This document shows, piece after piece, positions 1 to 9,432 of a stretch of DNA of 64,000 nucleotides (position 1 is its first letter; each line of letters opens with the position of its first letter). Location of the stretch: positions 768,001 to 832,000 of the forward strand of contig CAWCNY010000006.1 of the NCBI GenBank assembly GCA_963797095.1. The letters run 5' to 3'. The notes beneath the pieces were generated by a model. That model was not told where the DNA came from. It saw only the letters and a list, made by a program, of their open reading frames with translations, and ran no database searches. A program made the position numbers and the translations under genes. The stretch comes from an uncultured Chloroflexia bacterium. GTDB lineage: Bacteria; Chloroflexota; Chloroflexia; QHBQ01; JADMIH01.

Positions 1-36
1 CCGTATGGGGAATTCGGGGGATAGGCGTATAGGAAA

Positions 37-1035
37 TCAGTATGCCCAGCGGAGGAGCACTGAACCAACTGTGAAGCCTGCGCCAACGGCAGAGAGGAGC
101 GCCAGGCTACCCTTCTTGAGGCGGCCATCATCGATGGCGTCGCCTATGGCGAGCGGTATGGTGGCGGCGGTGGTGTTGCCGTACTTGTGAATGTTGGTGA
201 CCACCTGCCGCTCGGAAAGTGCCAGTCGCTCGGCGGCGGCGTTGATTATGCGGATGTTGGCCTGGTGAGGGATGAAAAGGTCCAGGTCTTCGCTGTTCAA
301 CTCGTTTCTTGCCAGTATTTTGCGGCTGGTCTCCTCCATCTTGGTCACGGCGAACTTGTATACGGGCTGGCCGACCTGGTGGACGAAATGCATTCTGGCG
401 TCTATAGTCTCATGCGTAGGCGGATGGAGGCTGCCGCCCGCAGGCATGTACAGGTACTGGCCGCCCGAGCCGTCGATCTCATGCAGGCAGTCAATTATGC
501 CCGCGTCCTCGCCCTGCTCGGTTGGCTCAAGGAGCACTGCCCCCGCCCCGTCGCCGAACAGAACGCAGGTTGTGCGGTCTTCCCAGTTGACGATACTTGA
601 CATAACATCCGCACCAACAACCAGCACTTTACGATGCGCCCCGCTCTCGATGAAGCGCGCCCCAACCGTGAGGGCGTAGGTGAAGGCCGAGCAGGCGGCT
701 GAAATATCGAAGCCCCAGGCGGAGCGCGCGCCGATCTTGTCCTGGATCACACAGGCGGTCGCTGGGAAGAACATATCGGGCGTGACGGTGGCGACGACGA
801 TTAGCTCGATCTCGTCGGCGCTGATGCCGCGCTTATCGAGGAGATCGCGTATAGCCTGAACCGCCAGGTCGGAGGTAGGAGTGCCGGGCTCGACAAGGCG
901 GCGCTCCCGGATGCCTGTGCGCGTGACGATCCACTCGTCGTTGGTGTCTACGATCTTCGCAAGGTCGTCGTTGGTGACCACCCTCGGCGGCACATAGCTG
1001 CCCACGGCAGTGATCTTGGCCCTCTGCTTCTCCAA
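37..1035 (-). CDS. fabH: 3-oxoacyl-ACP synthase III (beta-ketoacyl-ACP synthase III)
   Basis: Motifs [21 protein letters not shown] (catalytic Cys), [11 protein letters not shown] and GNTTAAT. TTG start at 1035 follows a GGGAGGG RBS. Confidence 0.95.
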   Translation of the reverse strand: MEKQRAKITAVGSYVPPRVVTNDDLAKIVDTNDEWIVTRTGIRERRLVEPGTPTSDLAVQAIRDLLDKRGISADEIELIVVATVTPDMFFPATACVIQDKIGARSAWGFDISAACSAFTYALTVGARFIESGAHRKVLVVGADVMSSIVNWEDRTTCVLFGDGAGAVLLEPTEQGEDAGIIDCLHEIDGSGGQYLYMPAGGSLHPPTHETIDARMHFVHQVGQPVYKFAVTKMEETSRKILARNELNSEDLDLFIPHQANIRIINAAAERLALSERQVVTNIHKYGNTTAATIPLAIGDAIDDGRLKKGSLALLSAVGAGFTVGSVLLRWAY

Positions 1036-1121
1036 TATGCCCTCCCTCGTTCGAAATGAAATGCTCTCGCAGGGAGAGCAAAGGAGATCACACGATGCCA
1101 CTGCACCCCGTAGCGGTCGCT

Positions 1122-3647
1122 CTAGATCGCTCCGCCCGTGTCGCGCTGCACATCGTAGACGCCACGAATCCCGCGCAGGCGGTCCATGACGCTGTAAAGC
1201 TGTTCAACACCGCTAACTTCGAGGGCCATTATCAGGGAAGTGGTGGCGGCTGCGGGTTTCTTCTGGGTGTGGATGCTGTTGATATTTACCTTCTCGTCGG
1301 CGAGCATGGTAGTCACGTCGCGCAGCAGTCCAGCGCGATCCAGTGCCTCGATGCGCACCCCGGCCGGGTATTTGGTAAGCCGCCTGTCACCCCACGAAAC
1401 ACGCATCAGCCTGCCTGTGTCCTGCACGTTGGCAAGGTTGGTGCAATCCGAGCGATGGACTGTGATCACCCGGTTCTTGGTGACATACCCGATGATCTCG
1501 TCGCCCGGCATCGGCTTGCAGCAGCGCCCAAGCTGCATCAGCACGCCCTTCATATCCCCGATCTGCATCGTATCGGTGGAGGTGTCGGGCAGTGATGTGC
1601 TCAGGTTGGTGGGGACCCTGACGGCCTCCACGTCACCTTCCGGCAGCAACTCCTCGTGCTTCTGCTCGGCCAGTTTAGACGTGATGTTGGTCTGCGAAAG
1701 ATCGCCGCTGCCGATGGCCTCGTACAGGTCGTCCAGGTCTTTGTACCTGGGGAAATACTCAAGCATATCGGCCAGGCTGAAATTGACCAGTCCCAGGTGC
1801 TTGATCGTCTGGTCCAGGATGTCGCGGCCCTGCGCGATCTTCTCGTCGCGGCGCTGGCGGCTGAACCACTGGCGCACCTTCTGGCGGGCGTTGCCCGTCT
1901 TGAGGAAGCGGTCCGATTGGAGCCAGTCGCGGGATGGGCCTGCGCGGTTCTTGTCCTTCAGGATTCGCACCACCGCCCCGTTTTCGAGGGGCGTATCGAG
2001 AGTGATCAGGCGGTCGTTCATCTTGGCCCCACCAACCTGGTGGCCGAGGTCTGTGTGGATACGGTAGGCGAAGTCGATGGGGGTCGCACCCTTCGGTAGC
2101 TCCACGATATCGCCTTGCGGAGTGAAAACGTAGATGTGCTCCTGGAACACATCGGTCTTGAGCGATTCCACGAAATCCTGGGCCGATTCGACCTCGTTGC
2201 GCCACGACATAAGCCTGCGAAGCCATGCGATCTTCTGCTCGTACTTGGCGTCGCGCTTGCCCCCTTTTTGCTCTTTATAGCGCCAGTGGGCCGCGATCCC
2301 ATACTCGGCGATCTCGTGCATCTCGTGGGTGCGTATCTGTATCTCCAGCGGCTTGTTGTCCAGGGCCCACACCGCCGTGTGCAGCGACTGGTACATCAAC
2401 TCCTTGGGTCTTGCTATGTAATCGTCGAACTCGTTGGGGATGGGGGGCCATAGCGCATGGATCACACCCAATGCCGCGTAGCAGTCCTTGACCGTATCGA
2501 CAATAATACGCACGGCCAGCACGTCGTAGATATGCTCGACGGGGCGGCGCTTGCGCTGCATCTTCTGCCAGAGCGAATAGACGTGCTTGACGCGCCCCTT
2601 GATCTCCGCCTTGATATCGGCTTTCTCCAACTCGGCGTTCAGCAGCGCGATCACCCGCTTGAGATAGCGGTCGCGGGGGGCTTTGGTGTCTTTGAGGAGA
2701 TCTGTTAGCTCGTGGTAGCGCGGCGGATCGAGGTACATGAAGGAGAGGTCTTCAAGCTCGCCTTTGATCTGCCACATACCGAGCCGGTTGGCGAGTGGCG
2801 CGTAAATCTCAAGCGTTTGAGCAGCGATCCGCTCCTGCTTCTCAGGGGGGAGGCCGCTGAGGGTGCGCATGTTGTGCAGTCGGTCGGCCAGCTTGATGAG
2901 TACCACGCGTGGATCATCGAACATCGCGAGGAACATCTTACGTAGGTTCTCGGCCTGCTGCTGGTGGCTGTCTCCCTGCGGGCGAGTCTTCTCCTTCGTT
3001 TGCGCAGCACTCTCCGCGACTCCGTCGCCCGCTTCGGCTTTCCTTCTTTCGGCCTTCTGCTCGCTTTCGCGTTGCAGCTTGCTGACCGTGCCGAGCTTGG
3101 TCACGCCTTCAACCAGGTTGGCGACCGTGGTGCCGAATTGTTTGACGAGATCTTCGTTGGTGGCGGCGGTGTCCTCGATGGTGTCATGAAGGATGGCAGC
3201 CTCGATTGTCTCCAGGTCGAGGTGCATCTCGGCGAGGATGATCGCCACGTTCGATGGGTGGGTGATATAAGGCTCGCCTGTGCCTCGCATCTGCCCTTCG
3301 TGGGCCATCTCGGCGAACTGGTACGCCTTGCGCAGGCTGTCGATATCGGCGTTGGGGTTGTAGGAGCGGACCAGCTTGATCAGGGTGTCGAGGGCGGCTT
3401 TGAGCGCTTGCTGGGTGCGTGCCGCGGATGGCTGAGTACGCCCGTGCGAATCGGCTGACGGGCGTGCCTTTACCTCGCTCTTCACAGGTTCTTCGATGGC
3501 ACTAGCAGGCCGCGCTCCGTTCTGGCCCTCCGTGAGGCCGTTGTAGGAGGGGTGGGGTGTAACGTTCGCGGGTTGCTCCGATTTTGCCTGGGGAGCTGTC
3601 GCTTGCGCTTCCGCGAGGTCGCCCATTTGGAGGTCGGTTGCGCTCAT
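1122..3647 (-). CDS. relA: RelA/SpoT family (p)ppGpp synthetase/hydrolase with TGS and ACT domains; low-complexity N-terminal extension
   Basis: Motifs AILHDTIED (HD), [33 protein letters not shown] (TGS), CCKPMPGD and DRAGLLRDV (ACT). Start placed at ATG 3647. Confidence 0.95.
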   Translation of the reverse strand: MSATDLQMGDLAEAQATAPQAKSEQPANVTPHPSYNGLTEGQNGARPASAIEEPVKSEVKARPSADSHGRTQPSAARTQQALKAALDTLIKLVRSYNPNADIDSLRKAYQFAEMAHEGQMRGTGEPYITHPSNVAIILAEMHLDLETIEAAILHDTIEDTAATNEDLVKQFGTTVANLVEGVTKLGTVSKLQRESEQKAERRKAEAGDGVAESAAQTKEKTRPQGDSHQQQAENLRKMFLAMFDDPRVVLIKLADRLHNMRTLSGLPPEKQERIAAQTLEIYAPLANRLGMWQIKGELEDLSFMYLDPPRYHELTDLLKDTKAPRDRYLKRVIALLNAELEKADIKAEIKGRVKHVYSLWQKMQRKRRPVEHIYDVLAVRIIVDTVKDCYAALGVIHALWPPIPNEFDDYIARPKELMYQSLHTAVWALDNKPLEIQIRTHEMHEIAEYGIAAHWRYKEQKGGKRDAKYEQKIAWLRRLMSWRNEVESAQDFVESLKTDVFQEHIYVFTPQGDIVELPKGATPIDFAYRIHTDLGHQVGGAKMNDRLITLDTPLENGAVVRILKDKNRAGPSRDWLQSDRFLKTGNARQKVRQWFSRQRRDEKIAQGRDILDQTIKHLGLVNFSLADMLEYFPRYKDLDDLYEAIGSGDLSQTNITSKLAEQKHEELLPEGDVEAVRVPTNLSTSLPDTSTDTMQIGDMKGVLMQLGRCCKPMPGDEIIGYVTKNRVITVHRSDCTNLANVQDTGRLMRVSWGDRRLTKYPAGVRIEALDRAGLLRDVTTMLADEKVNINSIHTQKKPAAATTSLIMALEVSGVEQLYSVMDRLRGIRGVYDVQRDTGGAI

Positions 3648-3779
3648 CTGGTTGCCGGTAGAGAATATAATAGCGCACACGACATTGTGTGTAGATTTAA
3701 TTGTAGCTTATTGCGTGGGGGGTGTCAAACAGTAAGGCCGCTTTGACGCCTGAATCGTGGTTATTGTGACGCGCTACTT

Positions 3780-3995
3780 TCAAACCGAGTCGCGTACCCT
3801 CCACAGGCTGATGAACAGCAACGCCACCACTACAAGCGGCAATATGTACGCCCCATAATCGCTTATTGTCGAGCCTATGGTTCGCACGCCCACGTAGAGC
3901 AGCGCCAGGATCAGAACCACCCCTGCGGCCACCTCCCAGGCGTCGCCCACGATGAAATCATACCAGAATGCGAAGAAGCCTTTGATGTATTTCAT
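3780..3995 (-). CDS. small two-TM membrane protein coupled to the upstream gene
   Basis: MKYIKGFFAFWYDFIVGD followed by two hydrophobic segments. ATGA overlap with the stop of 3992..4762. Confidence 0.7.
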   Translation of the reverse strand: MKYIKGFFAFWYDFIVGDAWEVAAGVVLILALLYVGVRTIGSTISDYGAYILPLVVVALLFISLWRVRDSV

Positions 3996-4762
3996 ATCTC
4001 GGTCACCGTCTTGCCTCTCCCAGCGCCAGGCGCAAGCCGCTGTCTCAAAGCCATGATCAGCAGCCCCGCTACTACCACGTAGAACACCATCAACCCCAGG
4101 ATCGCCAGGTCTTCGCCCGGCCATTCCAGTCCTATACCTTCTCCCGCCCAGAACGTGCCGAAACCTGTGAGCATGATGCCTACCACAAATTTCAGCGTGT
4201 TCTCAGGTACCTGGCTGAGCGGCCCCTGCACAATCACAGCCAGCACAATAACGAGGATGGCAGCCGCAATCGAGCCGAGCAGGGCAGGCGTGATATCTCC
4301 CGCCGTCAGGCCGAATGTAATGACTATGAAGACCACCTCCAGCCCTTCAAGCAGTACCCCCTTGAAGGCTACCGTGAAAGCGGTCCAGTCGAGCGCACCA
4401 GCGGCGGGAGCAGACTCGGATTTTAGCGCGGTCACTTCGCGCTGGTATATCCTTGTCTCGTCATGGATCTCTTTAAGGCCCGTGTAGCGCATGATCGCCT
4501 TGCGTAGCCACTGCAATCCGAATATTAGGAGCAGGGTTCCGATCACGATTCGCAGGGCATCTATGGGAATGAAGGATTCGAGGGCAGGCCCGAGGACGGC
4601 AACCAGGGCGGCCAGCACTACGGCAGCCGAGATCACCCCGGTCCAGGTGCTGCGCCAGCCTCGCGTTACGCCCACAGCCAGCACAATCGTTACAGCCTCC
4701 ACTACTTCGACGCCGCTTGCAAGGAAACTGGATACCAGCCCGATCCACCATTGTGTGTTCAT
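3992..4762 (-). CDS. uncharacterised membrane protein (COG4280-like) with duplicated ExxE motifs
   Basis: Multiple TM helices; repeated motifs VEVVEAVTIV and LLEGLEVVFIV; VPENTLKF. Confidence 0.75.
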   Translation of the reverse strand: MNTQWWIGLVSSFLASGVEVVEAVTIVLAVGVTRGWRSTWTGVISAAVVLAALVAVLGPALESFIPIDALRIVIGTLLLIFGLQWLRKAIMRYTGLKEIHDETRIYQREVTALKSESAPAAGALDWTAFTVAFKGVLLEGLEVVFIVITFGLTAGDITPALLGSIAAAILVIVLAVIVQGPLSQVPENTLKFVVGIMLTGFGTFWAGEGIGLEWPGEDLAILGLMVFYVVVAGLLIMALRQRLAPGAGRGKTVTEI

Positions 4763-4827
4763 AATGATTTGGTCCTCAAGGTTAGCGTCAGGTCAAGATG
4801 GCAGAAGATGTAAATCCCCAACTATTC

Positions 4828-6780
4828 TTACCGAAGATATAGCCAGTAGGAACTGAGGCGGTTTTCGGCCTCTATGGAGAGCACCCCCTGCTCAAGCACC
4901 AGGTCATTTGCACCATCGTAGCTGCGCAAGTGGAGATTGCCGCCATAAGTATACGCGAAGATGGTATCGCCGAGTGCGAACTGTGGGCGCTCGGCGGGGT
5001 CCTCGGAGAAGAGGCTGTATATCTGGCTATACGCAAGTGTGGGGGTGATGGTGCCGCCGGTCATCAGCGTGCGTTGCGCGCTGATGACCGAGATAGTGAT
5101 GAGAGGCTCGGCAGTCCTTGCATCGAAGAGGTAGGTTGCAATCGCCAGCGTGTCCGGTCCCTTCCTGATCGCCAGAGGCATGGTGTTGCTTTCAACCGCG
5201 ATATCTTCTAGCCGGTACGCGCCGCCCGGCTCCATTGTGACCAGGCTCAGGGTGCCGGTCTGCGGCACCTTTGACGACATGTATTCAAAGCCGGCAAGCA
5301 CTATGTCGTTGCTGTCTTCAGGAAGCACTAGCCAGGTCCTAGAGCCTGTGTCGCTGGGTGTGGCCTGGGCGATCTGGCGCAGCCCGTGATCGCTGCCGGT
5401 TGGGTACGATGGCTTTAGCAGTTGGATCAGGGTATGGTCTGTCCGGAAATGGGTTAGTATTATGTCCCCAGCGAAAGGCCCGGCTGTCACGAAGGATGAG
5501 TTGATGGGCGCCTGGGACGATGCTAAGGAGTCGTCCGGCACGAGCTCGTCCAGTATTACCTGCGGGGTGGGGACATCCGAGGTGTCCTGAAGATCGATCA
5601 GTAGGATAGACTGTCGCTCGGCCGGGTCGCCTTCCTGCACCGTGAATGTATGCACCATCACGTAGCGCCCATCGGGGCTGAACTGCGCGCTGACCAGGCC
5701 GCCCGCCTTGTGCGTGTAGATGAGCCGGGCGTCGTTCGTTCCTGCCACAGCCAAATAGAGATTCACCACGGTGTCAGGCCCCACGCTTGTTGGCTTGCTG
5801 CTCGTCCACCCCGCCACCAGGTAGCGGCTACTGCTTGGGTCTATGTTTACCACTACGCTCCTGGCTCCTGCTACACCGGGCATTGGGGCATAGCCTACTG
5901 TGACGGTGGGTGCGCTGCTGTATGGCTGGTAGGCGATTTCAGCGTCCGCGAATCCCTCGCGCACTACGTTGCTGATCCCGATGTAGCCGTTGTTGTAATG
6001 TATCCCCCAGACACCCGTGGTACCGGCCAACAGCGAATAGTAGCTGGGGTCCAGCGATAAGTCCACGTATTCGATGGTGTCGCTCAGGGTGTGGTGCGCG
6101 TAGATCAGGTGGCGGCCCCTGAGGCCATTGTCGTTGGGCTTGAGTGGAACCCAGCCTTCGTCGGGTGCGTCGTAGATGAATTGCCCGTCGATAAAACTCG
6201 TTTGCAAGGCGCTGAACCTGTCGCTATCGTTGAGATAGGTCCAGCCTTTGGCGGTCCTGTAGTACAGGCCCTGCGGATTCACCCCGGTTCTCAGAGTGAC
6301 GGTGCCGCTCAGGACGCCTGTGTAAATCCGGTCGAGGGTGGTTTGCTCCATCTGTGGCAGGTCGCGGTAATCGGGCTGGATTCTGGCGGCTTCGCGGATC
6401 TTGCTGAGCGCTCCAACCCAATTGCCCTGATTGGAGTAAGTGGTCGCCTGGGTATAGAGTTGATTGCGCGTGTCGATCTGCCTCTGGGCGCTCTGGGCCA
6501 GCTCGTCGGCGTTGCTGTAGCCTGAGGCTTCGCGATAATCGTGCAGGGCTGTATCCCAGTCGTTGCGGCCCTCGGCTTCCTGCCCGGCTCGGTACTGGCT
6601 CGATTGGTAGCTCTGGTGCCACCACTGCCACCCTGCGAAAAGGATCACCGCCAGCAGGAGAGGTATACCGAGCAGCAAGTCAAGCCGCAACCCCGGCCAG
6701 CGCCGCCGGGCAGGTTCCGGATCGAGGTCTTCGATAATGGAGATTTCGTTGTAATTGTCAGGGCGTTCCTGGCCGCTCAT
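4828..6780 (-). CDS. membrane-anchored protein: N-terminal TM, helical TPR-like region, beta-propeller-like C-terminus (paralog of 6802..8814)
   Basis: Single TM, helical repeat region, FSPDGRY motif, C-terminal LHLRSYDGANDLVLE. Confidence 0.7.
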   Translation of the reverse strand: MSGQERPDNYNEISIIEDLDPEPARRRWPGLRLDLLLGIPLLLAVILFAGWQWWHQSYQSSQYRAGQEAEGRNDWDTALHDYREASGYSNADELAQSAQRQIDTRNQLYTQATTYSNQGNWVGALSKIREAARIQPDYRDLPQMEQTTLDRIYTGVLSGTVTLRTGVNPQGLYYRTAKGWTYLNDSDRFSALQTSFIDGQFIYDAPDEGWVPLKPNDNGLRGRHLIYAHHTLSDTIEYVDLSLDPSYYSLLAGTTGVWGIHYNNGYIGISNVVREGFADAEIAYQPYSSAPTVTVGYAPMPGVAGARSVVVNIDPSSSRYLVAGWTSSKPTSVGPDTVVNLYLAVAGTNDARLIYTHKAGGLVSAQFSPDGRYVMVHTFTVQEGDPAERQSILLIDLQDTSDVPTPQVILDELVPDDSLASSQAPINSSFVTAGPFAGDIILTHFRTDHTLIQLLKPSYPTGSDHGLRQIAQATPSDTGSRTWLVLPEDSNDIVLAGFEYMSSKVPQTGTLSLVTMEPGGAYRLEDIAVESNTMPLAIRKGPDTLAIATYLFDARTAEPLITISVISAQRTLMTGGTITPTLAYSQIYSLFSEDPAERPQFALGDTIFAYTYGGNLHLRSYDGANDLVLEQGVLSIEAENRLSSYWLYLR

Positions 6781-6801
6781 GCTGCCTTCTCTCTGTGATC
6801 C

Positions 6802-8814
6802 TTAGCGCAATACCCCCGCATAATAACTGAACGTAAGGCTATTCGAGATCGTGACTACTCCTGACTCCAGCACCAGGTCGACCTGCCCATCGTAGCTTCG
6901 TGCGTGCAGTTCACCATCTTTCGCGTACGCCATCAATCTATCGCCCATATTGACGCTGTCCAGCACGTTCCATGGCGGATCGCTCGAATCTCGGGCGTCG
7001 CGGGTTGTGTATATTTGTTGCGGTCCTGCTGTGCTGTCGCTATTGTAGGTCCGGTGCAGGCTGAACACCGAAAGGGCAGGAAGGCGCATGCCCTGGCCTT
7101 CGTACTCGCGGACGGCCCAGGCGATGTGGCAGTTGGTTGTAGCGGCTGCCTGAATCTCGCCGTCTCCCGTCACGCCTGCCTTATAGACCTCAGGTTCGCG
7201 ACCCGGTTGAAACAGGATCAGGGCGCATTGGGCGAAAGTGAACAGGCCATTGTCAAGGCTGCGACCCATCAGCATCAATCCATCGCCATTCTGCTCAACC
7301 ACGCGCCAGGTGTAGTCAATTGACCCGTCAACCGGTGCATCCGCAACTGCATAATCGGCTTCCAGGCCTGTCATCGCCTTTGCGGGGTCAATAATGCGGG
7401 CCGTAGCATGCCCCGATCCCGATTGAATGTCGTCGAGCGGCACATCATATTCGTTTTCGACGAGCAGAAGCTTGCCTGCATAAGCCCCTCTATCAATGAA
7501 GGCTGAGGCCAGCGTTTCAATCGGCCCCGACCAGGGGTTAGCGTTTGCGTAGGCCGTTGCCAGCATATGCTCCTGCCCGTCGCCGTCCAGGTCTACGAGC
7601 AAGACAGTGGATGTCTGGTAGGTGTCCGATCCCCAAGAGTATTCTTCGTATTTATGCACCAGCAGGTACCGCCCATCGGGGCTGACGGAGGCGCTTTGCA
7701 GGCTGCCGCCATACTGCGTGTATACAAGGCGTCTGGTGCTTTCTCCGGCGGCGCACAGGTAAAGGTTGATAATCGTGGCGTCGCTGGGACCATAGGAGTG
7801 CGCGCCTGTCCACTCGGCCAGAAGATAGCGGTTGCTGTCAGGATCGATGGCGACGATACTGGAGCCTGTGGAGATATCCTCGGTTGCCGTCATTTTGACG
7901 GTGGCTCCCACCTCCCCAGAATAGGGCTGGTATACCGTCTCCGAGGCCGGTAGCGGATCGTGGACTACAGGGTTGGGCTGGTTATCAACCCCGGTTGAGT
8001 TTACATAATGCAAAGCCCATAAGCCTTCCTTACCTGCCACGAATGGCAGGAAGTAGCTGGGGTCTATAGGCATCTGCGTGAACCGCAGGCTGTTCCCGAT
8101 AGGCTCGGCGGACATGATCAACCGCCCGCGATAGGTATCGCTAGCCCGGCTGACAGTGCCTGGATTCGGCGTGGGAGTAGTGGTTAGCGTCGTATTCGGT
8201 ACATCGTATATGATGTGACCATCCTCTCTCGACGAGAAAATGACCGTGCGAGTATCGCTCCCTTGCAGCCACACCCACCCGGAAGGCGAGCGGTAATAGA
8301 ATCCAGGCGGATCTGCCGTATCTCTGAGCGCAATCGTACCGCTCAGGGCGTCCATGTACACGTTGTCCAGCGCGGTCTCTTCGCGTTCCGACAGGTCTTT
8401 GTAATCCGGCTCAATTTTGGCGGCGGCCCTGATATCGCGCAAGGCCGGTAGCCACTGCCCTTTGTCGGCATAATCCTTAGCCGAATCATAGAGACGGTCG
8501 CGCTCGTTGATCTGCTGCTGAGTGCTTTTCGCGAGGGCATCGGCGTCGTTGTAGCCGGAAGCCTGCAAGAAATAATGCAGGGCGCTATCAAGGTCGCTAC
8601 GGTTGGCGGCATCTCGCCCCGCCTGGTACTGGCTCGATTGGTAGCCCTGGTACCACCACAACCAGCCGGCGAACAGTACTATCCCAACAATCAGGAGGAT
8701 GCCCAGCATCAAGTCGGCACGTGCCACAGGCTTAGGCTCGCGGGCAGGTTCTGGGTCCAGGTCTTCGATCATAGAGATCGAATCATCGAAATCAGAATCG
8801 TTCGGCTGGGTCAT
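6802..8814 (-). CDS. membrane-anchored protein, paralog of 4828..6780
   Basis: Shares IEDLDPEPAR, YQSSQY, ASGY, SPDGRY and LHARSYDGQVDLVLE with its neighbour. Confidence 0.7.
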   Translation of the reverse strand: MTQPNDSDFDDSISMIEDLDPEPAREPKPVARADLMLGILLIVGIVLFAGWLWWYQGYQSSQYQAGRDAANRSDLDSALHYFLQASGYNDADALAKSTQQQINERDRLYDSAKDYADKGQWLPALRDIRAAAKIEPDYKDLSEREETALDNVYMDALSGTIALRDTADPPGFYYRSPSGWVWLQGSDTRTVIFSSREDGHIIYDVPNTTLTTTPTPNPGTVSRASDTYRGRLIMSAEPIGNSLRFTQMPIDPSYFLPFVAGKEGLWALHYVNSTGVDNQPNPVVHDPLPASETVYQPYSGEVGATVKMTATEDISTGSSIVAIDPDSNRYLLAEWTGAHSYGPSDATIINLYLCAAGESTRRLVYTQYGGSLQSASVSPDGRYLLVHKYEEYSWGSDTYQTSTVLLVDLDGDGQEHMLATAYANANPWSGPIETLASAFIDRGAYAGKLLLVENEYDVPLDDIQSGSGHATARIIDPAKAMTGLEADYAVADAPVDGSIDYTWRVVEQNGDGLMLMGRSLDNGLFTFAQCALILFQPGREPEVYKAGVTGDGEIQAAATTNCHIAWAVREYEGQGMRLPALSVFSLHRTYNSDSTAGPQQIYTTRDARDSSDPPWNVLDSVNMGDRLMAYAKDGELHARSYDGQVDLVLESGVVTISNSLTFSYYAGVLR

Positions 8815-8980
8815 GGCGTAGTCTCCTGTCCGGTACCATTATTCCCCACTACACGGCAAGGTCCCCGCAAGGGCAGTGCGAGTGCGAAGTTACGGGTACC
8901 CTTTGAGGGCAATCCTATCACATAAAGGCATCGTTTGCAGAGGCATCCTGGTGTGTGCGCGCCTCATCGCTACCCACCCA

Positions 8981-9259
8981 AGTCCCGAAAGGACGTAAGA
9001 GAGTAGCCCAGGGCGTAAGCCATGTAACTCAAATGCCACCCAAGCCAAGTCCCATAGGGACGATAGAACATAGCCCAGGGCTTACGCCCTGTGGTAAGCC
9101 CAAGATAATGCCCTAGCCCCGTAGGGGCGTAAGAACAAGCGCTCAGGTCTGTATGATGCAATGATGCAACCCTTTACGTCCCTACGGGACTACCTACCTG
9201 GGTGGCGTGCGATTCACACTCTTACGCCCTGGGCTACTCTCTGCCGTCCCTCCGGGACT
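8981..9259. repeat. REP/REPIN-like composite palindromic cluster
   Basis: Five small hairpins (GTCCCGAAAGGAC, GTCCCATAGGGAC, GCCCCGTAGGGGC, GTCCCTACGGGAC, GTCCCTCCGGGAC). The unit at 8981-9019 is the near-perfect reverse complement of 9221-9259. Confidence 0.75.
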
Positions 9260-9432
9260 ACTGCTTAGATGGCAATGGAGCGCTGTCCTTTGCGCGTGCA
9301 CAGCCCCTATAGTAAAATGTAACCCAGCCAGGCCGAGCGCATAGCCCTTCACCTATCCTATACGCGCAGATGCTTGCCGTTATTACCGGATAGACCCGGT
9401 ATCGAAGATCCTCAATAATCTGGGGGTGGCCC

